A DNA stretch of 64,000 bases. Source: an uncultured delta proteobacterium. Lineage in GTDB: Bacteria; Desulfobacterota; Binatia; Binatales; Binataceae. A model generated the notes under the pieces. It was given only the letters and a program-made list of their open reading frames with translations, was not told where the DNA came from and searched no databases. Location: positions 544,001 through 608,000 of the forward strand of contig CAWEEQ010000004.1 of the NCBI GenBank assembly GCA_963808235.1, read 5' to 3'. Made by a program: the position numbers and the translations under genes. This document shows, in pieces, positions 21,000-30,463 of this stretch (positions are counted from its first letter, which is position 1; each line of letters opens with the position of its first letter).

Positions 21000-21482
21000 A
21001 TGCAACTGACTACCGTCGAAATCGTGAAACCCGCCGATGCCAACGTGATCGTCGGCCAGGCGCATTTTATCAAAACGGTCGAGGACCTTTACGAGGCGCT
21101 GGTGCAGTCGGTTCCCGGAATCAAGTTCGGGCTCGCGTTCTGCGAGGCTTCGGGAGTCTGCCTGATTCGCCATTCCGGCACCGATGCCGAGCTTGAGAAA
21201 ATGGCGATTGAAGCGGCGTCGGCGATCGGCGCCGGCCATGTGTTCGTAGTGATGCTGGGCAACGCGTTTCCGATCAACGTGCTCAATCAGATCAAGTCGG
21301 TGACCGAGGTATGCAACGTATTCTGTGCCACGGCAAATCCACTGCGGCTGGTCGTCGCGGAAGAGGGCGGCGGGCGCGGAGTGATCGGCGTGATCGACGG
21401 CGACTCGCCCAAGGGCGTCGAGAATGCGCAGGACCAGGCCGAGCGCCGCGCGATGATCCGTAAGTTCGGCTACAAGAATTGA
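21000..21482 (+). CDS. Adenosine-specific kinase / DUF355 family
   Basis: NVIVGQAHFIKTVEDLYE, FCEASG, FPINVLN, CATANP. Confidence 0.9.
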   Translation: MQLTTVEIVKPADANVIVGQAHFIKTVEDLYEALVQSVPGIKFGLAFCEASGVCLIRHSGTDAELEKMAIEAASAIGAGHVFVVMLGNAFPINVLNQIKSVTEVCNVFCATANPLRLVVAEEGGGRGVIGVIDGDSPKGVENAQDQAERRAMIRKFGYKN

Positions 21483-21544
21483 AGCATCGGGATGGTACAA
21501 TTAGGCATGCGCGCGCTTAAGGTGAGGCGGTATTAACATGGGCG

Positions 21545-24007
21545 GTGGACAGCGCGGGCCGGCGAATCCGGCGAAGAAGAAGCCTGCAAAGCCGACTCCC
21601 GTGGCGGATCCGCGGATGGCGGGTGCGAAATCTCGCGATGGGCGGCGCGTTCCTCGTTCTGTTCGCGATGGGATTCTACCTGGCCCAGCTCTACGGCGAG
21701 ATTTCCGCGATGATCGAGCAGCGCGTCGCCGCGCTGACTTCCGCGATTTACTCCGCGCCCCATCCGATTCGCGCCGGCGATGACGTCGAGCGCAGCGGCC
21801 TGCTCGATCGGCTGGTGCAGCTTGGCTATTCGCAGGTGCCCGCCGCCAATTCTCCCGGCGAGTATACGAAGGCGCCGCGCGCGATCGCGATTTACCTCCG
21901 CCCGTTCCGTTTCGGAGCAACCCACTACCCGGCCGAATTGGTGCGCGTGAGCCTCGCCGGCGAGCGCATTACCGGAGTTGCGGATTCGTTCGGGGTCAAA
22001 AAATCCGAGGCGACTCTCGAGCCTGAAGTTATTGGGCGGCTCCTGCCCGGCGCGCCCGCCGAGCGCGTTGAGGTTCAGCTCCCGGAGTTGAAGCCGTACC
22101 TGGTTAAAGGATTGCTCGCTAACGAAGATCGCTTTTTCTATTACCATCCGGGGATAGATCCGGTTCGCATCGTCAAGTCGGCGTTTGCCGACGTTCGGGC
22201 CCGTCGGCTGCAGGAGGGCGCGAGCACGATCACGCAGCAGCTCGCGCGAACTTTTATGGAGCGGCGCGAGCGCAGCTTCAGCCGCAAATTCCGCGAGCTG
22301 GCGGTCGCCATCGTGCTGGAAGTCCGGCTCCGCAAAGATGAAATCCTCGAGCGCTATATCAACGACGTTCCGATGGGCGAGTACGAGGGTTCGCCGATCG
22401 ACGGGATGCCGCAGGCGGCGCGCTACTTCTTCAACAAGGATCTTGCCGAAGTGACGCCGGCCGAGGCTGCGACGTTGATTGGAATGGTGCAGGCGCCCAC
22501 GCTCTACGATCCGCGGCGGCATCCTGACAATTGCCGGAAGCGGCGCGACGTAGTGCTCGGGGTGATGAAGCGCGCCGGCGTGATCGACGATGCGACCTAC
22601 ACGGCGGCAATCGCGACGCCGATTCAGATCACCAAGCCGCCCGGGCTCCGCCGCGCGCCGTACTTCACCGACTATGTCACCGCCTTCGTGAACAAGATTC
22701 CGGGTTTCGACGGCCATCTCCAGGGACTCAAGGTTTACACGACGCTGGACACTGAGCTGCAGAGCGACGCGGTCGACGCGATCACAGAAAATATCGCGCA
22801 GCTCGAAAAGAACCATCGCCGCCTGCGCCGCGTGAAGAGTGACGAAAAGCTGCAAACCTCGATGATCGCGCTCGATGCCGAGAGCGGTGCGATTCGCGCG
22901 ATGATCGGCGGTCGCGACTACTCCCAGAGCCAGTTTAATCGCGCTGCCAACGCCGAGCGCCAGCCCGGCTCGGCGTTCAAGCCGATCGTGTATCTCGCCG
23001 CGATGGATCCGGAGCGCGCGCCATTTTCTCCGCCCCTGACGCTCGCCTCTCTGCTCCCCGACGAGCCGATGACCTTCGATGGATGGACGCCGGCTAACTA
23101 CGAGAAGACCTATCAGCCGCAAGTCACGGTGGCCGAGGCGCTCTTCGAATCGCTCAACGTGCCGACCGCGTACGTCGGCAGCCGGCTCGGTGCTGGCATG
23201 ATCGTTAAGACTGCGCATGAGATGGGAATCCACGAGGATCTTCCCGCCGTGCTGCCGATTTCGATCGGCGCCGATGAGACCACGCTGCTCGAGCTGACTT
23301 CGGCGTACCAGGTCTTCGCGACCGAGGGCGTGCAATCGGCGCCGTACGCGGTGGAATCGGTCGTCGACGCCAAAGACCATCAGATCTATCAGCACGTCGA
23401 GAACGACAACCGCGTGATTCGTCCGGCCGTCGCGTACCTGATCACCGGCGCGCTGAAGGCCGTGCTTCGTTACGGGACCGGCGCCAGCGCGGGCCGCCTG
23501 GGGCTGGATATTCCCGCCGCCGGTAAAACCGGCACGACCCAAGACTACAAGGACGACTACTTCATCGGCTACACGCCGGAGGTCGTTTGCGGCGTCTGGG
23601 TCGGCTTCGACGAGCCGCAGAGCCTCGGATTGACCGGTGCGCAGGCGGCGCTGCCGGCATGGGTTCAGTTCATGCAGGATGCGGCGCCCGCAGACCCGGA
23701 AGATTTCCCCGAGCCGTCCGGAATCACGATGGCGACGATCGATCCCGAGTCCGGCGGTCTCGCAACCTCGGCCTGTCCGAAGCCGGTCTCGCTGCCATTC
23801 CTCGACGGCACTCAGCCCACCCAGATCTGTCCGCTGCATGGCGGCATGTTTGCCGGCGCGCTTACGCCGCCGCCGCTACCCGGGATGCCTGGCTCGATGC
23901 CTCCGAGTGGATTTCCGCCGCCGCAACCGGTCGCAGCCGCCAGCCCCGCGCAATCCGACGTTTTCAGCAAGGTTGGCAAGTTCCTTAATGGTCTTTTCTC
24001 ACATTAA
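21545..24007 (+). CDS. Class A penicillin-binding protein (PBP1B-like)
   Basis: EDRFFYYHPGID, GASTITQQ, RQPGSAFK (SxxK), SLN, KTGT. Start uncertain. Confidence 0.93.
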   Translation: MDSAGRRIRRRRSLQSRLPWRIRGWRVRNLAMGGAFLVLFAMGFYLAQLYGEISAMIEQRVAALTSAIYSAPHPIRAGDDVERSGLLDRLVQLGYSQVPAANSPGEYTKAPRAIAIYLRPFRFGATHYPAELVRVSLAGERITGVADSFGVKKSEATLEPEVIGRLLPGAPAERVEVQLPELKPYLVKGLLANEDRFFYYHPGIDPVRIVKSAFADVRARRLQEGASTITQQLARTFMERRERSFSRKFRELAVAIVLEVRLRKDEILERYINDVPMGEYEGSPIDGMPQAARYFFNKDLAEVTPAEAATLIGMVQAPTLYDPRRHPDNCRKRRDVVLGVMKRAGVIDDATYTAAIATPIQITKPPGLRRAPYFTDYVTAFVNKIPGFDGHLQGLKVYTTLDTELQSDAVDAITENIAQLEKNHRRLRRVKSDEKLQTSMIALDAESGAIRAMIGGRDYSQSQFNRAANAERQPGSAFKPIVYLAAMDPERAPFSPPLTLASLLPDEPMTFDGWTPANYEKTYQPQVTVAEALFESLNVPTAYVGSRLGAGMIVKTAHEMGIHEDLPAVLPISIGADETTLLELTSAYQVFATEGVQSAPYAVESVVDAKDHQIYQHVENDNRVIRPAVAYLITGALKAVLRYGTGASAGRLGLDIPAAGKTGTTQDYKDDYFIGYTPEVVCGVWVGFDEPQSLGLTGAQAALPAWVQFMQDAAPADPEDFPEPSGITMATIDPESGGLATSACPKPVSLPFLDGTQPTQICPLHGGMFAGALTPPPLPGMPGSMPPSGFPPPQPVAAASPAQSDVFSKVGKFLNGLFSH

Positions 24008-24129
24008 TGTTCCTAATTGGACTTTTCTCACCGCGATTTGCATCGTAATATAGGACTAGAGGCGCCGATTGAAGGAAACGAGTCGAACCTTCGTCTAATC
24101 GGCGATTCGCAGTGGGGCGGGATCACTTA

Positions 24130-25529
24130 ATGCAACGAATCTCTGGATCTGCATGGGCGCTGGCCGCCCTGACGGGTCTCGTGTTGTTTAGTCTTGTTGC
24201 TGCGACCGGATGCATCAACGGCGAGAGCATCACGACTACTTCGCACGAGGGAGCCGCCGCGGCCGACGATCCCGCAGGCGGGGCTACCGCGGCCTCGCGC
24301 AATAGCCCTGCGAACAGTGGCAAGACCGCGCTTCCGACGGCTGGCGACGTGCTCATCGCGGGCGGTGCGAGCGCGACCAATCAGAGCCTCGCGACGGCGG
24401 AATTTTTCGATCCTTCCACGAGCCGATTCTCTTTGACGTCTCCTGCTGCGGCGAGCCGCGCCGGAGCTGCGGCGGCTCCGCTCTCCGGATCCCAGGTGCT
24501 GCTCGACGGCGGCTTCAGCGGAACTGCTGCGATCAAACAATTTTCACTCAATCTCGACGGCAACGTGCTCGGCAGCGCCGAGACTTTCGATCTCGCAAGC
24601 GGCACGTTCTCGGCGGCCGCTCCGATGACGACGCCGCGGATGGCGTTCACGGCGACTGCGCTGAACAACGGCAAGGTCCTGGTGGCCGGTGGACTCGACA
24701 ACAGCAGCAATGTTCTCGACAGCGCCGAGCTTTACGATCCCGCCGAGCGCAAGTTCGTCGCGGTCAGCAATCCGATGAGCGATCGGCGCGTCTTCCACAC
24801 CGCGACGCTATTGCCAAGCGGCAAAGTGCTGTTGACCGGCGGCGCGACCAATCTATCCGGCGACACCACTAACTCCGCCGACCTCTACGATCCCGCATCG
24901 AACTCGTTCAGTCCCACGTCCGCGATGGACCATCAGCGCGCGGCGCATAGCGCGACCTCTTTTCCCTCGGGACCGCTCGCCGGCAAGGTTCTGATCACCG
25001 GCGGAGGCGGCGGCTCGAGCGTTTTCTTCAAGGACAGCAGCGCCGAGATCTACGATCCCGCGTCCCAGCAATTCGTCCTGCTGGCGAGCTTCATGAACGA
25101 GGCGCGCGCGTTGCATAGCGCGACCCTGCTCGACGACGGCAACGTGTTGCTCGCCGGAGGATTCAACGGCTCGGTCGCGATTTCGGGCGGCGTGCTGTCG
25201 GGCGCCTCGGGGCTGATCAGCAACTCGGCCAGATCTTCGATCCGAACTCTCTCGAATTCAGTTGCGTCGGCGGATTCAACGACAACAAACTGCGATGCAA
25301 CCAGTCGATGACCGTCGCGCGCGCCGGTCACACCGCGACGATGCTTGCGAACGGCCCCGGCCCTCATCGCGTGCTGATCGCAGGCGGAATCGGAGCTACC
25401 GATCCTACCGCGCACGGCGTCGCGCTCCGTAGCGCCGAACTCTTCAATCCAGCCGCCGGCGGCAGTTTCAGCGCAGCCGGCTCGATGTCCACCGCGCGCG
25501 CATTCCAGACCGCCACTCTTCTTCACTAG
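24130..25529 (+). CDS. Kelch-repeat beta-propeller putative lipoprotein, one-base frameshift at ~25230
   Basis: Repeated HTATLL-xGKVLxxGG..SAELYDP. One missing G breaks NSAEIFDP, and the sequence continues in the 25308 frame. Confidence 0.85.
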
Positions 25530-26386
25530 TCGCGCTGATCGTCGACGCCGTCGGATTCTGACTCGGTACTTGCAACAAACGGCTCGGGCGGATTCGCCGC
25601 GTTAGCCACCAGCCGGCGCGACACGATGATAAACGCCGAATGCGCGATCATCCTGAAATGCGGCCGCACGCTCATCCCCTTTACCTGCCAATGGCGCAGC
25701 AGAGTCTCGAAACTTTCGATCTCGCCGAAGTCGCTGCGCGCCTGCAGCGAATCGACGGTCTCCTTGAGTTGCATCGCGGTCGGAACGTAGCAGACCAGCA
25801 CCGCTCCGGGGCGGAGCGAGTGCGCCGCGACTTCGAGCGCGCGGCCGGGCTCAGCGAGATCGAGGAACATCCGATCGACGCCGGTCTCGTCGAAGCCGGT
25901 GTAGAGGTCGCGCACCTTGAGCGTCCAGTTGGGCGCGTCGCCGAAGAATGCGGCCACGTTCTTGCGCGCCGCGTCGGCGAAGTCCTCGCGCAGTTCGTAT
26001 GAGATTACGCGCCCCGCGGGCCCGACCGCTCTCAACAGCGCGATCGTAAGCGCGCCCGCGCCGGTGCCGCCTTCGATCACCGTCGCGCCCGGAAACACGT
26101 CGCCCCAAACCAGCAGCGGGCCGGTGTCCTTCGGATAAATCACCTGCGACGCGCGCGGCAGATGCGGTATCAGGTCGGCGTAGGTTGGGCGCAGCACCAG
26201 GAACGCCTCTCCGGTCGAGGTTTTTACCCGCGAGCCTTCCTCGACGCCGAACAAATCGTCGGCGCGAATCTCGCCGCGGATGAGCAGTTTCTTGCCCGCC
26301 CGCAGCATCTTCAGGTAGCGGCGGCCCTTGCGATCGATGAAGATTACGGCGTCGTTCTCTTTGAGGCGCGAATCCAAAGTGCTCAA
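25526..26386 (-). CDS. trmI: tRNA (adenine-N1)-methyltransferase
   Basis: QVIYPKD, EGGTGAGALT, SYELREDF, LDLAEP, HSAF. Start uncertain (TTG 26386 or ATG 26434). Confidence 0.92.
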   Translation of the reverse strand: MSTLDSRLKENDAVIFIDRKGRRYLKMLRAGKKLLIRGEIRADDLFGVEEGSRVKTSTGEAFLVLRPTYADLIPHLPRASQVIYPKDTGPLLVWGDVFPGATVIEGGTGAGALTIALLRAVGPAGRVISYELREDFADAARKNVAAFFGDAPNWTLKVRDLYTGFDETGVDRMFLDLAEPGRALEVAAHSLRPGAVLVCYVPTAMQLKETVDSLQARSDFGEIESFETLLRHWQVKGMSVRPHFRMIAHSAFIIVSRRLVANAANPPEPFVASTESESDGVDDQRD

Positions 26387-26434
26387 CGCTTGCACGCATC
26401 GCGGATACCGCGCAACACGCGGAGCGCGCGCCAT

Positions 26435-27317
26435 TCACTTTATTGAATGTGAAACCCGCGGTGGGTTTCACTCTTCATTCGGCAGGGGTGACCCCTGCAC
26501 CCATTAATAAGAGAAGATGCGGGACTGCGTCCCTGTTAGAACTTGTTAACGCGGAGAGGCGCGATGCAATTGATCCTTCCCTGGTTCTCTTTTGTGTCGT
26601 CTTTTTTCTGTGTCATCCCGAGCGAAGCCGAGGGACCCCGGATCTTTCTCGATTCCCGCCGACGCACCTCCAATCACGGCGCGACCGCGACGACTGCCGG
26701 AATGAACGCGGCGCTTAATTTCGCGGATAACCGAGAACGGCGAAATTGTGAATAAGACAGAGGATTACAATAAGCAATCCGCCAAGCGCCAATGCGGCTG
26801 CCAAAGTCTTGACCGACGGAGAAGGCCTCTTCGCGGCAATCGGCCACGCCACCGTGCCCAATGCAAAGATTAGCCAGCCACCGAGTTCCACAAGAACCGG
26901 CCATGAGACCAGAGCGGCAACAGGATGGGAGTTCATCAATACCCACCCACAAGCGCGAGTGCGGCTGCATGGCCGAGATTCATGCTCTCGACGCTCGCAC
27001 GCATCGCGCGCACGGCGCAACGCGCACCACGCCATTCCAGTCGTCGCGGTTGCGCCGTGGTTGGGGCTGCGTCGGCGTGAATCGAGAAAGATCCGGGGTC
27101 CCTCGGCTTCGCTCGGGATGACACAAAAACAAGGACGACACCGAGACTTCACGGCTCTCAATCACGGCGCTCGATCTCAATCACGGCGCTCAAAATGACA
27201 CTCATAAAACTTCTAACAGGGACGAAGTCCCCCATCTTCTCTAGACATTGGGTGCAGGGTCACCCCTGCCCAAGGAAGCCGTGAAACCCACGGCGGGTTT
27301 CACATTCAATCAAGTGA
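26435..27317. mobile_element. Putative non-autonomous element with nested long inverted repeats and small cargo ORF
   Basis: Outer arms 26435-26541 and 27211-27317 are imperfect reverse complements, as are inner arms ~26594-26696 and ~27038-27141. No transposase seen. Mobility is inferred. Confidence 0.65.
26715..26983 (-). CDS. Small membrane protein inside the inverted-repeat element (probable one-base frameshift at ~26940)
   Basis: MNLGHAAALALVGGY joins, with one extra T, to LMNSHPVAALVSWPVLVELGGWLIFALGTVAWP..LALGGLLIVILCLIHNF. Confidence 0.5.
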
Positions 27318-27500
27318 CCGCAAGTACCGGATGAGCTGCTGGATCTCCTCGCACATGACGCCGCCTATTGACTACACGACCCTCCGTCCTTACGTTTGGG
27401 GGTGCGCCCGGCCCGATGGTATCATCCAGTGGCCGGGTCTTTTTCGTAACATCCAAATCAGATCGGATTTTGACAATTCAAATCGAGAGCGTTTCATTCC

Positions 27501-27671
27501 ATGGCTGAGAAAAAAGCTAAAACCGCGGAGAAGAATGCGGGCCTCCAGCAAAAACACTTCTGTCCCAGTTGCGGCGCCGAGAGCAAGGTGACCAAGTTCG
27601 CCGGCTTCGGCCGCAAGGGCTTCTACCTGGTCTGCGAAAAGGCCTGTGGCTTCGTCGGCCGCACCCGATGA
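27501..27671 (+). CDS. 56-aa zinc-ribbon small protein (not in supplied ORF track)
   Basis: MAEKKAKTAEKNAGLQQKHFCPSCGAESKVTKFAGFGRKGFYLVCEKACGFVGRTR*, with genome-typical high GC3. Confidence 0.75.
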   Translation: MAEKKAKTAEKNAGLQQKHFCPSCGAESKVTKFAGFGRKGFYLVCEKACGFVGRTR

Positions 27672-27707
27672 TCAGTGAAAGATTGAAAGAGGCACGGGGG
27701 CAGGCAA

Positions 27708-28121
27708 ATGGGTAGAGCGAGAAAAAGCAAGACCTCCAAGCGCGACAAGTACGCTTCGTTCGGCGACATGGCCGACGAGGCGGACGAAGATGCCGACCTT
27801 CCCAAGGACGAAGCCGGGCGGCGAAAGATCAAGCGCCAATACGGCGAGTTGCTCGGGATTCGAATCGAGAAACTGCGCGGGCGAATCCTGAACCGCGAGC
27901 GAATCAACAAGACCATCGAGGGCATCTACTTTATCTGCGCCGGATGCCTCAAGGTCTGCCATTCGCTTGACGACGGTTTGGCCGAAGATCCCGCAAATCT
28001 GAATAATTTATGCGGCGCGTGCGCCAAGTCGCAGACCGCCGCGCGCAACGCGGCAGTCGCGGCTACCGAAAGCAGCGCGCCGGCGCGCAAAACGCCGCGC
28101 AAGCGCGCCGCCGCCCGCTAG
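27708..28121 (+). CDS. Hypothetical protein with CxxC..H..CxxC and basic termini
   Basis: ICAGCLKVCH..LCGAC, with purine-rich RBS. Confidence 0.7.
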   Translation: MGRARKSKTSKRDKYASFGDMADEADEDADLPKDEAGRRKIKRQYGELLGIRIEKLRGRILNRERINKTIEGIYFICAGCLKVCHSLDDGLAEDPANLNNLCGACAKSQTAARNAAVAATESSAPARKTPRKRAAAR

Positions 28122-28171
28122 CCGGATTGAACCTGCTTGTGCGCAATACCGCGAAAAGCTAAACAGGGCCG

Positions 28172-29104
28172 ATGTCATTACAGCTGATCCGTCCCGACAT
28201 CAATCTCGATTTCGTCGGGAAGCGTTTTTTCTTCGTGCTCCTTTCGACCGCGATCAATATCGCGGCGATCGTGTTGCTCTTCACCAAGGGCCTTAACTAC
28301 GGGGTCGATTTCGTCGGCGGCAGCGTCGCGCAAGTTGAATTCACCACTCGCACCAATGGCGACGCGATCCGCGCCGCGCTCGCGCCGCTCGACCTCGGCG
28401 AAGTTACCGTGCAGGACTTCGGTAAGGCGGGGCAGTCGTTCCTGGCCCGATTCGAGGCAATCAAGAATATCGGCAGCATCGGGCCCAAACTCGAAGAGGC
28501 ATTGAACAAAGTCTACGGCCCCGGCGTTGCGAAGGTGGTGCGAGTTGAGAGCGTCGGCGCCAAGGTCGGCAGCGATCTCCGCCGCAAGGGCTTTCTCGCG
28601 GTTATCATCGCGACCATCTTTATGGGCGTGTACATCGCGATCCAGTTCCGCCACGTGAGCTGGAGCTTCGGTGCGGGCGCCGTGATCGCGCTGATTCACG
28701 ACGTGCTGGTGGTGATGGGCGCGCTGGTCATCAGCCAGTTCCAGTTCGATTTGACGACGCTGGCCGCGGTGCTGACCGTGATCGGCTACTCGGTGCATGA
28801 CACCATCATCGTGTCGGATCGTATCCGCGAGGATTCCGCCAAACGGCGCCGCGAACCGATCGCGCAAATTATGAATCGTGCGATCAACGAGACTCTGTCG
28901 CGCACCATCCTGACCTCGGGGACCGCGATCGTGGTGCTGATCTCGCTGCTCGCATTCGGCGGCCCGATCCTGCGCCCCTCGGCGTTCACGCTGCTGGTCG
29001 GATTCATCACCGGAACCTACTCGTCGATCTACATCGCAGGCCCGGTGGTCCTTTTCTGGGAAGGCAAATCGAAGCTAGGCACAGTCTCCTCCCGCGCCGC
29101 TTGA
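28172..29104 (+). CDS. secF: Protein translocase subunit SecF
   Basis: GLNYGVDFVGG, ALIHDV, IGYSVHDTIIVSDRIRE, TLSRTILT, GTYSSIYIA. Confidence 0.95.
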   Translation: MSLQLIRPDINLDFVGKRFFFVLLSTAINIAAIVLLFTKGLNYGVDFVGGSVAQVEFTTRTNGDAIRAALAPLDLGEVTVQDFGKAGQSFLARFEAIKNIGSIGPKLEEALNKVYGPGVAKVVRVESVGAKVGSDLRRKGFLAVIIATIFMGVYIAIQFRHVSWSFGAGAVIALIHDVLVVMGALVISQFQFDLTTLAAVLTVIGYSVHDTIIVSDRIREDSAKRRREPIAQIMNRAINETLSRTILTSGTAIVVLISLLAFGGPILRPSAFTLLVGFITGTYSSIYIAGPVVLFWEGKSKLGTVSSRAA

Positions 29105-29136
29105 AGAAATCTTTCTCCTCTCTTGCCGCGTTTGTT

Positions 29137-29171
29137 CCCCTTCCACTAGGGGGAAGGGGTTAGGGGTTAGG
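29137..29171. repeat. Intergenic palindromic (REP-like) element
   Basis: ccccttccactagggggaagggg hairpin plus ttaggggttagg, related to 8416-8450. Confidence 0.55.
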
Positions 29172-29492
29172 TTGCCGACAACATTGAAAACCGGACGCGG
29201 CATCTACGCTGTCGAAGATGCCGCCCCAATCGAGCGCAGCGCGGACTCGATCGTGCTGACGCTCAAGCTCATGCGCGCCGACGGAATCGAGAACGTCGCG
29301 CTACGAGTGAAGATCGCAACGACGGTTCTGCGCGGCGATGACGTTTCACCTGAAAAAATGATCGAACTACTGGGCCCGTGGCTCGAGCGCGAGTTCGAGC
29401 AGACTCGCGAGGCCGCGCTGAAGACTATCCGCACCGAGCGCAAGCTGCTGGAAATTTCGTTCGACGCAACGAACCCAGGCCCCTTCGCGTAG
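29172..29492 (+). CDS. Hypothetical protein
   Basis: 106-aa ORF with typical codon usage filling the gap. Confidence 0.6.
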   Translation: MPTTLKTGRGIYAVEDAAPIERSADSIVLTLKLMRADGIENVALRVKIATTVLRGDDVSPEKMIELLGPWLEREFEQTREAALKTIRTERKLLEISFDATNPGPFA

Positions 29493-29530
29493 CAGGCTGC
29501 GCGCCCGATTCCCGGCTAGAGGTTGCACCG

Positions 29531-29683
29531 GCGAGCGTCGAGAAAGATCCGGGATTCTTCGCTTTGCTCAGAATGACAAGTGCGGCTGTGCACTCTTTTG
29601 GGAATGAAACGAAGCGGCCGCTCACTCTCGTGTCGGCGCGCGTCGAGAAAGATTCGGGATTCTTCGCTTTGCTCAGAATGACA
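29531..29683. repeat. Two tandem GATGACA-type palindromic repeats
   Basis: cgtcgagaaagatYcgggattcttcgctttgctcagaatgaca occurs twice (29531-29578, 29636-29683). Confidence 0.85.
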
Positions 29684-29735
29684 GGTGCGGCGCTTCAGCA
29701 TTCGCGCTATACGATCGGAACGGAGGAACCTCACG

Positions 29736-30269
29736 ATGGCCGTTCTGAATGAGGAGAGGAGAAATCCTGCCTTGGATGCGGGGGCTGGCCCCTGCATTCG
29801 CCGCGCCGCCCAATCTGACATACCCGAACTCTCGCGACTGGTCGCCGCGCTCGCGTCATGGGAGGAAGCACTCGATTCGCGCGCGAGTTTCGATTGGGAC
29901 CAAATTCGCGACGCGCCCAACTGGCTGAAGCTGGTGCTCAACCGCGAGCATCATGCGATCTGGGTCGCGAGCCTCGATGATCGCCTCGTCGGCCATCTCT
30001 GGATTCGCCTCAAGCGCCAGCGCGACGGCGCGCTTCCTCAATCGATCGGCTATATCAGCCAGGCTTTTATGGAAGAGACCTTTCGAGGACGCGGGCTAAT
30101 GAAGCCGATGCTCGAGGAGGCTTACGAATGGTTCCGCGGCGCCGGCATCACGGTCGTGACGTTGAGCGTGCTGCATCGCAACTGGATCGGCGCGACGGCG
30201 TGGCATCGCCTGGGTTTCAGCGACTGGCGCGAGGAGCGCCGGATGGACCTGAAGCCGCGCCCGAAATAG
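29736..30269 (+). CDS. GNAT family N-acetyltransferase
   Basis: FRGRGLM acetyl-CoA motif, WHRLGF, GGAGG RBS. Confidence 0.85.
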   Translation: MAVLNEERRNPALDAGAGPCIRRAAQSDIPELSRLVAALASWEEALDSRASFDWDQIRDAPNWLKLVLNREHHAIWVASLDDRLVGHLWIRLKRQRDGALPQSIGYISQAFMEETFRGRGLMKPMLEEAYEWFRGAGITVVTLSVLHRNWIGATAWHRLGFSDWREERRMDLKPRPK

Positions 30270-30315
30270 CCTGTCTGCATCGTTTTCTGACCAATCGGTA
30301 AGGGGCATATTGTCC

Positions 30316-30361
30316 TTGACAAGCGGGCGTAATTCTTTTACTAGACCAATTGGGTCCAGTA
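30316..30361 (+). promoter_or_regulatory. isc promoter with IscR/Rrf2-like operator
   Basis: Perfect TTGACA at 30316-30321, followed by the imperfect palindrome tactagaccaattgggtccagta (30339-30361). Confidence 0.6.
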
Positions 30362-30463
30362 TTGCGAAGGTGTCGGCTGACGCCTCGTTTTTCGTTTGAC
30401 TGTTGTTCTGAAGTGCTTATACTATACCTAGCAGGTCCACTATTATTGGATACGTGAGAAACG

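Noticed and set aside
21533-23839. 768-aa antisense ORF and similar long antisense ORFs (e.g. 53175-54812, 30443-31519)
   Set aside because: Expected by-product of high-GC codon bias opposite well-supported genes. No recognisable domains.
27149-27191. Short TCACGGCGCTC tandem repeats as iterons or an origin
   Set aside because: Only about three imperfect copies inside the inverted-repeat arm, with no rep gene or AT-rich unwinding region.
29531-29683. Two ~48-bp direct repeats as a mini-CRISPR
   Set aside because: Only two units, part of a dispersed intergenic palindrome family, and no cas genes or leader.
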